DNA of 64,000 nucleotides from a virus, in IMG/VR virus record IMGVR_UViG_3300022744_000026, positions 14,098 to 78,097 of that record. The stretch is one strand, 5' to 3'. Under the pieces are notes generated by a model. The model had not been told where the DNA came from. It saw only the letters and a list, made by a program, of their open reading frames with translations, and did no database searches. A program made the position numbers and the translations under genes. Shown piece by piece: positions 34,506-43,879 of this stretch (positions are counted from its first letter, which is position 1; the number at the start of each line of letters is the position of its first letter).

Positions 34506-37500
34506 ATGGCACTCATCCTGTTCCTCAAGGCATCGTCTATTCCGGCTGGCGCGCGCTGGATCAGCGTGCACCCCAATGGCGATGCTGGCCCGGCCCAGCC
34601 CATCCTGATCCAGCCGCAAGCTGACGGCAGCGCGAAGGTCATCGGCGGCGCAGGTGGCAGCCTCAACCACATGCGCATCCGCGCCGTGCGCAGCGAGGCC
34701 GAGTACAAGGCTGAGGCCGAGAAGTCCCGCGCCGAGAAGACCGCACAGAAGAAGGCGCAGACCCTGGCGGACAAAGCCGCCGGCATCCACGAGTCCAAGA
34801 AGAAGGCGCGCGACGCCGTGACTGCGCAGCGGCGCAAGGCACAGCAGGAGTTCGTGCAGACGGTCGCGGAGGCTGCCGGGTGGAAGCCGGAGCAACTGGC
34901 GCCGCCCGATGTGTCCGGCCTGAGCGAAGGCGCCGCGCGCAAAGCGGTCGACCAGCACCACCGTGAGATTTTCCAGAAGGCCCGGGAGGTCGTTGAGCAG
35001 CAGCGCCAGCGGCTGGTGCACGACTCGGACGCCCGCGCGCAGGCTGGTCTGGGCGAGGTGCCGCTTGAGTCCAGCAAGCCCGAAGACCTGTCCGTGCAGG
35101 ATCTGGCGCCGGTGCAGACGGGCAACAGCGGGCTGGGGTTCTCTGCCGAGTACGGCAAGCGCGCCGCGGCGGCCGGGCTGACTGCCGAGGAGAAGTCCGC
35201 CGAGGCCGGCGCTGCCAAGCCGCCGCTCACCGACGAGCAGCGCAAGGCGGCCGTCGAGCGCGGCGAGGCAAAGAAGCTCATCAAGAAGGAGCTTGAGGGC
35301 ATCAAGCAGGCCGAGCGGCCCAAGGTGGCTGTCGACCTGATCGACGCGAAGAAGGCGGCCGACCTGCTGCGCGCCGAGAAGAAGATGCAGGCGCTGGAGA
35401 AGCAGGCTCGGCAGGCCACCAAGCAGATTGACGACTCGAAGACCGAGCCCAAGGCGTTTGTTCTGGAGTACACGGCCGACGATGACGTCGACGCGAAGAT
35501 CAAGCAGGACATCGATGACGAACTCGCCACGGTAGCGACCACGTCATTTCTCAACGAAGTCGGCAAACTCGCAGACGGCGACCCGCGCGATCGCCTGGGC
35601 AAGCACGTCGGCCACGGCGCCTACAACGCGATCAACGCTGTGTCGCTGGCTGTTGGTGGCGACGCGCTGATCGACCGCTCTGTCGTGGACGTGCTGGGCA
35701 TTGATGCAGCCACGCAGATCCTGGCGCGCCGCGTGCAGCGCGACATGCCCGACCAGGCTGAGCGGATTGCGGAAGGCGTCAAGGCGTTCCATGCTGACAC
35801 GCACGCCGCCACCACGGCCCGCGCGCTGACGCAGGCCGCGCAGCTCACTGATGCCGCGAAGGCGATCGAGCTGCCGGACGGCGAGACGGCCACGGACCTG
35901 CAGACCGCGCAGGAGTTGAACGCCAAGCGCCGCGCCGCGGTCGGCGACGCGCAGCGCATCCTGGGGCAGGTCTACGGCGAGCAGGAGGCCAATGCGAGCA
36001 TGGTGATGGCGCTGAGCCGCAAGGCGCGCGACAAGTTGGATGTGCCGATGGGCAAGGGCAGCATCGAGTCGGCGATCACGCAGGCTCGGGCGCTGGGCCT
36101 GCAGCGCGGCGAGTACACCATCGAGCAGCGCGCCGGCCAGACGTGGCTGACTGTGCACGATACCGGCATGGACCGGCTGGCGAAGCCGATCCAGCGCGCG
36201 GACGTCGAGCAACTGCGCGACAACCTCGACATCATGTCCGGTGCACATGACGAGGACGGATGGATGCCGAAGGGCGTGGCGGACAGGCCGGACTTGGACT
36301 TGAGGCCTGAGCCTGGCGTGGCGCCGCGGCTGGGGAGTGAGTTCGCCCCCGAGGCTGGAGGCGACATTGAGCAGCACCTGCGCGACTACATCGGCGGGCG
36401 GGCGGCGGATGGGGACACGCCGTCTGACATCCTGGCGGATGTCCAGTCGGCCGAATTCTTCCGCAAGGCTGGCGACACGGCCGCCTACCGGGCAGCGCTG
36501 GATGCCGTGGCGCCGAACGACAACGGACAGGTGCGCGCGGAGGCCATGGGCCCGGCGTTCGATCGCTATGCCGACGACTTCGTGAAGCGCGAGTATGGCG
36601 GCGCGCGCAGCGCGCTGAACAGCCAGCAGGTGAAGGTTGACGACGTTGCCGGCGAGGCGCTGCACCGCGCCCTGGCCGAGCACCCGGACGGCGTGGCGGC
36701 GTTCAAGGCGATCGGCGACCTGACGAACAAGGACCAGCGCACCCTGCGAGAGTTCTTTCACCGCGAGATTGCGAAAGAGGATCCCGAGGCGGCGGCCACC
36801 CGCCACCAGTTGGAGGCGCATACTGCCGCCGAGCCCGAGCGCGAAACCGAAGACATGTTCGGCGAGCGCACCGAAAACCCCGAGTGGTCGGAGTGGCGCA
36901 GCAAGCGCGACGAGCTGGCGGGAAAGCTAAGCGCCGGCAGCCTGGACTGGGCGAAGTACGCCGACACGCACCGTGGCCATGAGAAAGCCTACGAGTCGAT
37001 TCAGGACATCATCCGTGGCCGCGTGAGCGAGGCATTCGCGCGGCACCACAACACGCTGCGGCCCAATGAGCCGGTCAAGGTCGGCCGGTCGGTCATCCGC
37101 AACAACCTGAACCACCTCGATGCCACGGACCCGGCTGCGCGCGCCGATCGGGAGCGCAAGGAAAGCGAGTTGCGCGACAGCCTGCGCGAGCGCGTGCAGG
37201 GCCGGTACGCGGCCGGCGGCGTCAGCGACAAGCTGGATGCGGCGCGCGACCAGCGCGAGGCATTCGAGCAGGCGCAGATGGGGTTCTTCGGTGGCGACGA
37301 GCCGGCGGCAGGCGCGCAGGCTGGAAAGCTGGCGCCTGACCTGAAGGCCGGCGACGAGCGCCACACCCTAGGACACGCCGCCGAGCGCCAACTCGCCGGC
37401 CTGGTGGCACGCATGGGCGGCAACTTCAAGCCCGGCCAGCCGGTCAAACTGTTCCGCCCCACCATGTCCGGCGGCGACAACTACGCGCGCCAGCGCGCCA

Positions 37501-39035
37501 TCAAGCTGATCGAGAAAAACAAGCGCATGGGCCTGCACCTGGGTGCCGGGTCAGGCAAGACCCTGGTGAGCCTGGGTGCGTTCACGCACATGAAGGCACA
37601 GGGCAAGGCCAGCCGCGCGATCTACGCCGTGCCCAGCATCGTGCAGGGGCAGATGGGCGCGGAGGCGCTGCGGTTTCTGGAGCCAGGCAAGTACAACTGG
37701 CACTGCCAGCCTGGCGCCAGCCGGGATGAGCGGATCGCGGCTTACAAGAATCCTGCGCACGATTTCTGCGTGGTCACGCACCAGTCGCTGCGCGACGACC
37801 TGATCCACCTTGGTGCTGAGCATGCCGGCATCGAGCCGGACGCCATGCGCGAGAAGCTGGGCACGATGCGCCGCGGCGAGCGCAAGGAGTGGGCCAGCAA
37901 GGTGCTGGAGCATCACGGCATCCACTTCGACTTCTCGGCAGTGGATGAGGGGCACAACCTGCTGGACCGCGCCGGCAAGGCCGACTCTGCGATGTCGGTT
38001 GCGATCGGCGGGCTGACGGATCACACGCCGTACCACCTCAGCATGACTGCCGACCCGGTGCGCAACAACGACGCCAGCGAAGTGTTTTCTGCCCTGCAGA
38101 AGGTCGCACCAGACCGCTACACCGACCGCGCCGAGTTCATGCGCCGCTACGGCCCGGACACCGTGGCATCGAAGGACGGCCTGCAGCGCGAGATGGCGCG
38201 CTACTTCTACGCGCACAGCATCACGCCGGACGTGAAGGCCACCAGCCAGGAAATCAAAGTGCCGCTGCACGAGGAGCAGAAGACCGCCATGGCGCAGCTC
38301 GACCGCGACATCTCGACCATGAGGCTGGCGCGCATGCGCAAGACCGTGGACGTGGAGACCGCCAAGCGGGTGAGCCCGGGTGCGTTCGAGGGCGTGCCAG
38401 AGGACAAGCACGAGGCCGTCGCCAAGGGGCTGCAGGACTCCATCGGCATCGTGCGCGAGACCGCGACGCAGCGCGTCATCAACGCCCACCCGAAGGCCGA
38501 GAAGATGACCGAGCTGGTCAAGCAGATCAAGGCGCGCCCCGGCAAGGCCGGCGTGGTGTTTGTGCACAGCCTGGAAAGCGTGGAAGCCATCAAGCAGCGG
38601 CTCGAAGGCGAGGGCATGCGCGTGGTGACGATCAGCGGGTCCGACTCCAGCGAGGAGAAGGACCGCAAGCGCAAGATGTTCAGCCCGGACTCAGGCGAGG
38701 CGCAGGCCGATGTGCTGGTGGCGAGCGATGCCGCCAGCACGGGGCTGAATGCGCAGAGGGGGCAGTATCTGGTGCAGTACGACACGCCCGCGACGGCGGT
38801 GACACACGCTCAGAGGCGGGCCCGCATCCATCGCACGGGACAGAAGCAAGACATCGACCTCATCGACTTGGTGGCGGACCATCCGTCCGAGCGCAAGGCG
38901 CGCGACCGGCTGGCGAAGAAGTACAGCATGCGGCAGGTGATGACCTCACCCCTGGAGAAGGTGGACGATACCGGCGTGGCTGCGTATCTGAACGCGCGCA
39001 AGGTGCAACAGGACGAGCAGAGCGGGTTGTTTTGA
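34506..39035 (+). CDS. Large polyvalent protein with a C-terminal SF2/SNF2-like helicase
   Basis: GAGSGKT, VDEGH, MTADP, STGLNAQ and QRRARIHRTGQ. Confidence 0.85.
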   Translation: MALILFLKASSIPAGARWISVHPNGDAGPAQPILIQPQADGSAKVIGGAGGSLNHMRIRAVRSEAEYKAEAEKSRAEKTAQKKAQTLADKAAGIHESKKKARDAVTAQRRKAQQEFVQTVAEAAGWKPEQLAPPDVSGLSEGAARKAVDQHHREIFQKAREVVEQQRQRLVHDSDARAQAGLGEVPLESSKPEDLSVQDLAPVQTGNSGLGFSAEYGKRAAAAGLTAEEKSAEAGAAKPPLTDEQRKAAVERGEAKKLIKKELEGIKQAERPKVAVDLIDAKKAADLLRAEKKMQALEKQARQATKQIDDSKTEPKAFVLEYTADDDVDAKIKQDIDDELATVATTSFLNEVGKLADGDPRDRLGKHVGHGAYNAINAVSLAVGGDALIDRSVVDVLGIDAATQILARRVQRDMPDQAERIAEGVKAFHADTHAATTARALTQAAQLTDAAKAIELPDGETATDLQTAQELNAKRRAAVGDAQRILGQVYGEQEANASMVMALSRKARDKLDVPMGKGSIESAITQARALGLQRGEYTIEQRAGQTWLTVHDTGMDRLAKPIQRADVEQLRDNLDIMSGAHDEDGWMPKGVADRPDLDLRPEPGVAPRLGSEFAPEAGGDIEQHLRDYIGGRAADGDTPSDILADVQSAEFFRKAGDTAAYRAALDAVAPNDNGQVRAEAMGPAFDRYADDFVKREYGGARSALNSQQVKVDDVAGEALHRALAEHPDGVAAFKAIGDLTNKDQRTLREFFHREIAKEDPEAAATRHQLEAHTAAEPERETEDMFGERTENPEWSEWRSKRDELAGKLSAGSLDWAKYADTHRGHEKAYESIQDIIRGRVSEAFARHHNTLRPNEPVKVGRSVIRNNLNHLDATDPAARADRERKESELRDSLRERVQGRYAAGGVSDKLDAARDQREAFEQAQMGFFGGDEPAAGAQAGKLAPDLKAGDERHTLGHAAERQLAGLVARMGGNFKPGQPVKLFRPTMSGGDNYARQRAIKLIEKNKRMGLHLGAGSGKTLVSLGAFTHMKAQGKASRAIYAVPSIVQGQMGAEALRFLEPGKYNWHCQPGASRDERIAAYKNPAHDFCVVTHQSLRDDLIHLGAEHAGIEPDAMREKLGTMRRGERKEWASKVLEHHGIHFDFSAVDEGHNLLDRAGKADSAMSVAIGGLTDHTPYHLSMTADPVRNNDASEVFSALQKVAPDRYTDRAEFMRRYGPDTVASKDGLQREMARYFYAHSITPDVKATSQEIKVPLHEEQKTAMAQLDRDISTMRLARMRKTVDVETAKRVSPGAFEGVPEDKHEAVAKGLQDSIGIVRETATQRVINAHPKAEKMTELVKQIKARPGKAGVVFVHSLESVEAIKQRLEGEGMRVVTISGSDSSEEKDRKRKMFSPDSGEAQADVLVASDAASTGLNAQRGQYLVQYDTPATAVTHAQRRARIHRTGQKQDIDLIDLVADHPSERKARDRLAKKYSMRQVMTSPLEKVDDTGVAAYLNARKVQQDEQSGLF

Positions 39036-39049
39036 GCTAAATTGCGACC

Positions 39050-39304
39050 ATGACCCACCCACGCCAACACCTAGCCGACCTCGCCGCCCTGTCCCACAAG
39101 ACCGAGCAGGCCGAGCGCAACATCCTGGCGCGCGCCGAGTCGGCGCTTGCGCGGTGCCAGTCCGACATTGACCGGCTGCGGCCGGCTGCGCTGGTGCCTG
39201 GCGCCAGCGAGGCGATGGAGTATCAGCAGGCGGTGATGGACCGCGGGCGGCTGCAGGTGGTGATTGCGCAGGCGAGGAAGCTGCTGGAGAAGGCGAATGG
39301 CTGA
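39050..39304 (+). CDS. Hypothetical protein, probably leaderless
   Basis: TAAATT (39038-39043) lies 6 nt before the ATG. Confidence 0.6.
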   Translation: MTHPRQHLADLAALSHKTEQAERNILARAESALARCQSDIDRLRPAALVPGASEAMEYQQAVMDRGRLQVVIAQARKLLEKANG

Positions 39305-39554
39305 TCGGTGCACGCGGTGTGGCGGGGAGATGAGGCCGGGTGTCGCCATGGGGCAGACGTACACGGGGTCGGCTGACTTCGCTGGCGGCGAGGTGGTGAC
39401 GATGTCGCCGGGTGGGCCTGGGCGGCTGGTGGCGTGCCTGAAGTGTGTGGGTTGCGGGCACTCGGTGTCGGCGCCCGCTGGGATGGTCAAGTCGGGGCCG
39501 GCGGGGTGCTGGGATGCGCCTGAGCTGGGGGCAGGGCGCTGGAGCGCCGAGTAA
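39297..39554 (+). CDS. Zinc-ribbon protein
   Basis: CTRC...CVGC. Confidence 0.55.
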   Translation: MADRCTRCGGEMRPGVAMGQTYTGSADFAGGEVVTMSPGGPGRLVACLKCVGCGHSVSAPAGMVKSGPAGCWDAPELGAGRWSAE

Positions 39555-39566
39555 CCGCCCCTGCGT

Positions 39567-39580
39567 CGTGACCGCACATT
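39567..39580 (+). promoter_or_regulatory. Putative late promoter CGTGAC-CG-CACATT
   Basis: ATG 39588 follows 7 nt later. Confidence 0.7.
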
Positions 39581-39587
39581 TGCGGTC

Positions 39588-40511
39588 ATGCACGATGCAT
39601 CCAGCCTGCCCGACTTCATCAGCATCTCGGGCTTGTTCAAGGCGATGCCCCAGTCCGAGGGTGGGCAGCGCTTCGTGTACTTCGAGGCATCGAACGAAGG
39701 TCTGGACCAGCAGAACGAGATCGTGAGTGCGAAAGCGCTGGGTGAGTCGAAAGACTACTACCTCCGCTACGGCAACATTGACATAGATCATTTGACCCTG
39801 ACCGGCCGCCCGAACCCGGCGAAGGGCTATCCCGGCATCCCGGACTACATGAGCTACGAGATTGGCGTGCCCGTTGAGGTGCGCCAGTCCGGCAAGACGA
39901 CGTTCGTCAAGAGCCAGATCAAGTCCGGCGAGGGCCCTGCGGCCGAGAAGGCGAACCAGTTCTGGAACAGCCTGATGACGAACCCGCCGACCCGCTGGTA
40001 TCCCAGTGTCGGCGGCGCCATCGACCCCGAAGGGCGGATTGTCGAACTGGACCCGGCCACCGGCGCCAAGAAGGTGATCATCACCAAGGTGCGCTGGACG
40101 AACATCGGCGTGAGCCTCACGCCCGTCAACCAGCATGTCCCCGGCTGCGCCACGGTGCCGATCGGCGCCTTCGCCAAGTGCCACACGCCTGGTGGCGGAT
40201 TAGACCTGACCAAGGCCCTGACCGCCGGCTACGGCTCCGATTCCGCCACCCTCACCGGCGGCGCAGCCCTGCGCATGCAGTCGCTCGACGGCGCCGTGCG
40301 CGACACCACCGTGCCCACGCCCCAATACTGGACATGGCGCGACAAGATGGCCGGCGCCATTCGTGACGGCAGCATTCGCATACCGAACGCTGAGGGCTTG
40401 ATTGCCCACAGCGCCACTACCTACGGCATGCCCCTGTCCGATGCCGCGGAATACGTGGAGCGCTTTTTGCGCGACCTGAAACACGGACTATCTCGACGGA
40501 GAAACGCATGA
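39588..40511 (+). CDS. Prohead protease
   Basis: EAS.E..DQQNE, GNIDIDH, PSVGG and PVN motifs; position before scaffold and capsid genes. Confidence 0.8.
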   Translation: MHDASSLPDFISISGLFKAMPQSEGGQRFVYFEASNEGLDQQNEIVSAKALGESKDYYLRYGNIDIDHLTLTGRPNPAKGYPGIPDYMSYEIGVPVEVRQSGKTTFVKSQIKSGEGPAAEKANQFWNSLMTNPPTRWYPSVGGAIDPEGRIVELDPATGAKKVIITKVRWTNIGVSLTPVNQHVPGCATVPIGAFAKCHTPGGGLDLTKALTAGYGSDSATLTGGAALRMQSLDGAVRDTTVPTPQYWTWRDKMAGAIRDGSIRIPNAEGLIAHSATTYGMPLSDAAEYVERFLRDLKHGLSRRRNA

Positions 40512-41164
40512 GCGGCAACTTTGACGCCCTTCTGGCCGAACTGAATGACGAAGTGGCTGGCATGGCCAAGGCGATGCCGGCTGGTGACGATCTGGACGAC
40601 GAGGACGAAGACAGCAACACCGTCGACACGGCCGACACCGACAAGAAGGTGATGGCTGCTGGTGACGGCGACGCCGACGACGCTGGCGGCGATCCCGATG
40701 GCGACGAAGACGACAAGCCGATGATGGGCAAGAGCATGACCGTCGAAATCGACGGCAAGCAAGTCGAAGCCATCGACGGCACCGAACTGGTGAAGTCGCT
40801 GATGGGCCAGGTCGAGCAGTTGGGCGGCAAGCTCGGCGCTACCGAAGCCAGCCTCGCCAAGGCTCTGTCGGACACGCTGGCCGTGGTGAAGGGCCAGGGC
40901 GCCGTCATCAAGTCGCTGCAGGAGACCGTCACCAAGCTGGCCGCTGCCGGCCGTGGCCGCAAGTCGGTCGTCACCGTCGCCGACCCGGCGCCGATGGCGA
41001 AGTCGGCCGGCGCCGCCGCCCCGCTGCAGGGCCGTGAACTCATGGCCAAGGCCCTTGCTGCACAGCAGGCCGGACGCCTGACCGGATTGGACGTCGCCCG
41101 CGTCGAGTCTGCAATCAACCAGGGCGCGCCGGCTCCTGCCGACGTTCTTTCTCGCATCAACTGA
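40508..41164 (+). CDS. Putative scaffold protein
   Basis: Acidic N-terminus, coiled coil and many xK(A/S) sites; lies between protease and capsid genes. Confidence 0.7.
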   Translation: MSGNFDALLAELNDEVAGMAKAMPAGDDLDDEDEDSNTVDTADTDKKVMAAGDGDADDAGGDPDGDEDDKPMMGKSMTVEIDGKQVEAIDGTELVKSLMGQVEQLGGKLGATEASLAKALSDTLAVVKGQGAVIKSLQETVTKLAAAGRGRKSVVTVADPAPMAKSAGAAAPLQGRELMAKALAAQQAGRLTGLDVARVESAINQGAPAPADVLSRIN

Positions 41165-41176
41165 CCAGGAGGCCCC

Positions 41177-42637
41177 ATGGCACTCGAAGACATTGTGAAC
41201 AGCTCTGTGCCCGGCGGCTCGACCGTGATGGGCGAGATGGGCGACGCTGACCTGCAGGCGCTGCACAAGGCGCTGACGGCCGGCTACGGTTCGGACACCA
41301 ACGGCCTGACGGGTGGCTCTGCCTTCCGCATCCAGTCGCTGGACACCACGCTCAAGGCGACGGTGCAGGACAACAGCCACTTCGCGCTGTTCAATGCCCT
41401 GAGCAAGCCGCGTGCGACCGCGGTGGTCGATGAATGGACCGAACAGGATTCCATCGGCGGCTTCCTGGGCGGCACGTTCAACGATCAGGACGGTACGGCG
41501 CAGGAAACGAATGGTTCCTACACCCGCCGGACCGCGAACGTGAAGTACCTGATGACGTACCGCAAGGTGCCCATCGTGCTGCAGCAGCAGAGCAACATCA
41601 CCGACGTGGTCGCCATCGAGACGGTCAACGGCACCAAGCAGCTCCTGACCGACATCGAGCACGGCCTGTTCGAGGGCGATTCGTCCATCCTGCCGAAGTC
41701 GTTCGACGGCATCTATGCGCAGATGGCCGGCTTCAATGGTGGCGCGAACATCTTCGACATGGCTGGCCAGCCGCTGAACACCATCGACCCGATCAGCCGC
41801 GCTGCTGAACAGGTCTTCGGCTACGGCTCGTTTGGCAAGCTGACCCACCTGTACCTGCCGCCGGCCATCCAGTCGGACCTGAATGCAGGCCTGGACCCCG
41901 CCTTCCGCGTCGCGCTGGACAACAGCCCGAACAGCGTGATGCTGGGCACCCACGTGTCGGGCATCCGCACCAGCTATGGCAACATCGCCACCACGACGGA
42001 CGTTTTCGTGCGCGACGAGCGCATGAAGAAGCCCTTCGAAGTGCGCAATGCGACCCACCTGGCTGTGTCGGCTGCGAACATCGCGTTCAAGCCTGCCTCG
42101 TTCACGGCTGTGGCTGGCGTCGGCGCCAGTGATTCCGCCTGGGGTTCGACCCATGCCGGCAACTACTTCTACGCCGTGACCGGCATCAACCACAACGGCG
42201 AGACCGCCGCTCTGGTGTCGGCCAGCGTGACCGTGGCGGCCACCCAGCAGGTGACCATCACCATCACGCAGTCGGCCAGCGGCACGGAAACCGGCTACGT
42301 CATCTACCGCAGCCGCAAGAACGGCACCAGCGCACTGACCGACCTGCGCGAGATGACCAAGGTCGCCAAGGCCGGCGCCACCACCACGTTCATCGACAAG
42401 AATCGCGTGATCCCGGGCTCGACCCGCGCCTACGCGCTGAACCTGTCGCCGAGCGATGGCAGCATCGACTGGAAGCAGTACCTGCCGATGATGAAGATCC
42501 CGATGGCCGCGGTGCAGTCGCCGATCATCCCGTGGCTGCAGATGATCTGTGGCTACATGCGCGTGACCAAGCGCGCGCACCATGTTGTCTTCGACAACGT
42601 CGTGCCCAGCGGCGCGAGCTGGAAGCCGTTCGTCTAA
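41177..42637 (+). CDS. Major capsid protein (Herelleviridae-like)
   Basis: KALTAGYG...AFRIQSLD N-arm; LFEGDS...SFDGI; GYVIYR; strong ribosome-binding site and codon bias. Confidence 0.88.
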   Translation: MALEDIVNSSVPGGSTVMGEMGDADLQALHKALTAGYGSDTNGLTGGSAFRIQSLDTTLKATVQDNSHFALFNALSKPRATAVVDEWTEQDSIGGFLGGTFNDQDGTAQETNGSYTRRTANVKYLMTYRKVPIVLQQQSNITDVVAIETVNGTKQLLTDIEHGLFEGDSSILPKSFDGIYAQMAGFNGGANIFDMAGQPLNTIDPISRAAEQVFGYGSFGKLTHLYLPPAIQSDLNAGLDPAFRVALDNSPNSVMLGTHVSGIRTSYGNIATTTDVFVRDERMKKPFEVRNATHLAVSAANIAFKPASFTAVAGVGASDSAWGSTHAGNYFYAVTGINHNGETAALVSASVTVAATQQVTITITQSASGTETGYVIYRSRKNGTSALTDLREMTKVAKAGATTTFIDKNRVIPGSTRAYALNLSPSDGSIDWKQYLPMMKIPMAAVQSPIIPWLQMICGYMRVTKRAHHVVFDNVVPSGASWKPFV

Positions 42638-42672
42638 GACGGCGGCGTCAGGGGTGACCCTGTCCTGACATG

Positions 42673-42696
42673 GCGGGGCCCTAGCGGCCCCGCTTC
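42673..42696 (+). terminator. Hairpin or weak terminator after the capsid gene
   Basis: GCGGGGCC-ctagc-GGCCCCGC with a short T tail. Confidence 0.5.
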
Positions 42697-42716
42697 ACCG
42701 ATCACCGGAGACTGAA

Positions 42717-43016
42717 ATGCGCCTTGTCTGCACCATCCCCACCGCCACCAGCCCGATCAACGGCCACGACTTCGACGGCCAGCCCGGCAACTTGGTGTCG
42801 GTCAACGACATCCCCGATGAAGAAGCCGCGATCTTCCTGACCGTGCCCGGTTACTTCGAGTTCGGCGCCGAGCCGGCCAGTGCCGCCCAGCAGGATGACA
42901 CCGCCACGATTGACGCCCTGCGCGGCGAGTTGTCGTCATATGGTGTCGAGCCCAAGAGCACCTGGCGCGCCGCCCGCCTGCAGGCCGAGATCGCCAAGGC
43001 CAAGGCCAGCGCCTGA
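42717..43016 (+). CDS. Hypothetical virion-associated protein
   Basis: GGAG ribosome-binding site; C-terminal LR.EL...GV.....W...RL..EI helix-extension-helix-like motif. Confidence 0.7.
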   Translation: MRLVCTIPTATSPINGHDFDGQPGNLVSVNDIPDEEAAIFLTVPGYFEFGAEPASAAQQDDTATIDALRGELSSYGVEPKSTWRAARLQAEIAKAKASA

Positions 43017-43032
43017 CCTCGCCTGGCGGCGT

Positions 43033-43046
43033 CGTGACCCGACACT
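43033..43046 (+). promoter_or_regulatory. Putative late promoter CGTGAC-CC-GACACT (leadered)
   Basis: 40 nt before ATG 43073, with an AAAGGAG ribosome-binding site. Confidence 0.65.
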
Positions 43047-43072
43047 AAGGTCTACCGACCAAAGGAGCCGCA

Positions 43073-43252
43073 ATGGCGCTTGCCGAAGGCCAACGGGTGC
43101 GCCTTGTCGCACCCGTGATCGAGGGGCCGATCCTCGACACCCGCTACAACAAAGATGCCGGCGAGCTGGAGCATCTGGTGTCGTTCACGGCGCCCGATGG
43201 CGATGCCGCCGAGCGGTGGTTTCTGCAGTCCCAACTGGAGCCCACCGAATGA
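43073..43252 (+). CDS. Small hypothetical protein (59 aa, not in the ORF track)
   Basis: AAAGGAG ribosome-binding site; MALAEGQRV...QLEPTE*; ATGA overlap with the next gene. Confidence 0.7.
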   Translation: MALAEGQRVRLVAPVIEGPILDTRYNKDAGELEHLVSFTAPDGDAAERWFLQSQLEPTE

Positions 43253-43812
43253 GCCGCTACGCTGAAGCCGCCAATGCCGCTGACGGCGCCACGGCGGGCG
43301 TCATCCGCAACTCTGGCATGGCCGAGCAGGCGCATGCCGAGGGCTACTACACCGCCACCTGCTACGGCCCGGATGGCGCGGTGAAGTGGACGGACGACAT
43401 CCACAATCTGGTGCTGACGGCCGGCAAGAATCACGCCCTGGACAACTACCTCGCCGGCAGCGCCTACACTGCGACGTGGTTCATGGGCCTGGTGGGCTCG
43501 ACCAGCTTCACGGCCATCGCCGCGGCGGACACCGCTGCATCGCACGCCGGCTGGACCGAGGAGACCAACTACAGCGCTGGCGCGCGCCCTACCGCGGCGT
43601 TCTCCGCTGCGGCCTCTGGCGCCAAGGCGCTGAGCGCCGCCCTGACCTTCACCATGTCGGCTGGCGCCACCGTCAAGGGCGCATTCTTGGTCAGCAACTC
43701 CACCAAGGGCGGCACCACGGGCACCATCTACTCGGCGGGCCTGTTCACCGGTGGCGACAAGGTGCTGGCATCTGGCGACTCGTTGGCGATCAGCTACTCG
43801 GCGTCGCTGTAA
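43249..43812 (+). CDS. Virion structural protein
   Basis: KWTD...NLV...GKN..LD motif; start taken at MSRYA. Confidence 0.7.
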   Translation: MSRYAEAANAADGATAGVIRNSGMAEQAHAEGYYTATCYGPDGAVKWTDDIHNLVLTAGKNHALDNYLAGSAYTATWFMGLVGSTSFTAIAAADTAASHAGWTEETNYSAGARPTAAFSAAASGAKALSAALTFTMSAGATVKGAFLVSNSTKGGTTGTIYSAGLFTGGDKVLASGDSLAISYSASL

Positions 43813-43828
43813 CACGCTGCTGGGCATG

Positions 43829-43864
43829 AAAGCCGCGACTGGCTGGGCTGGCGCGGCTTTTTGT
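43829..43864 (+). terminator. Intrinsic terminator
   Basis: AAAGCCGCG...CGCGGCTTTTT. Confidence 0.65.
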
Positions 43865-43879
43865 ATTTGAGGGCTGGGT

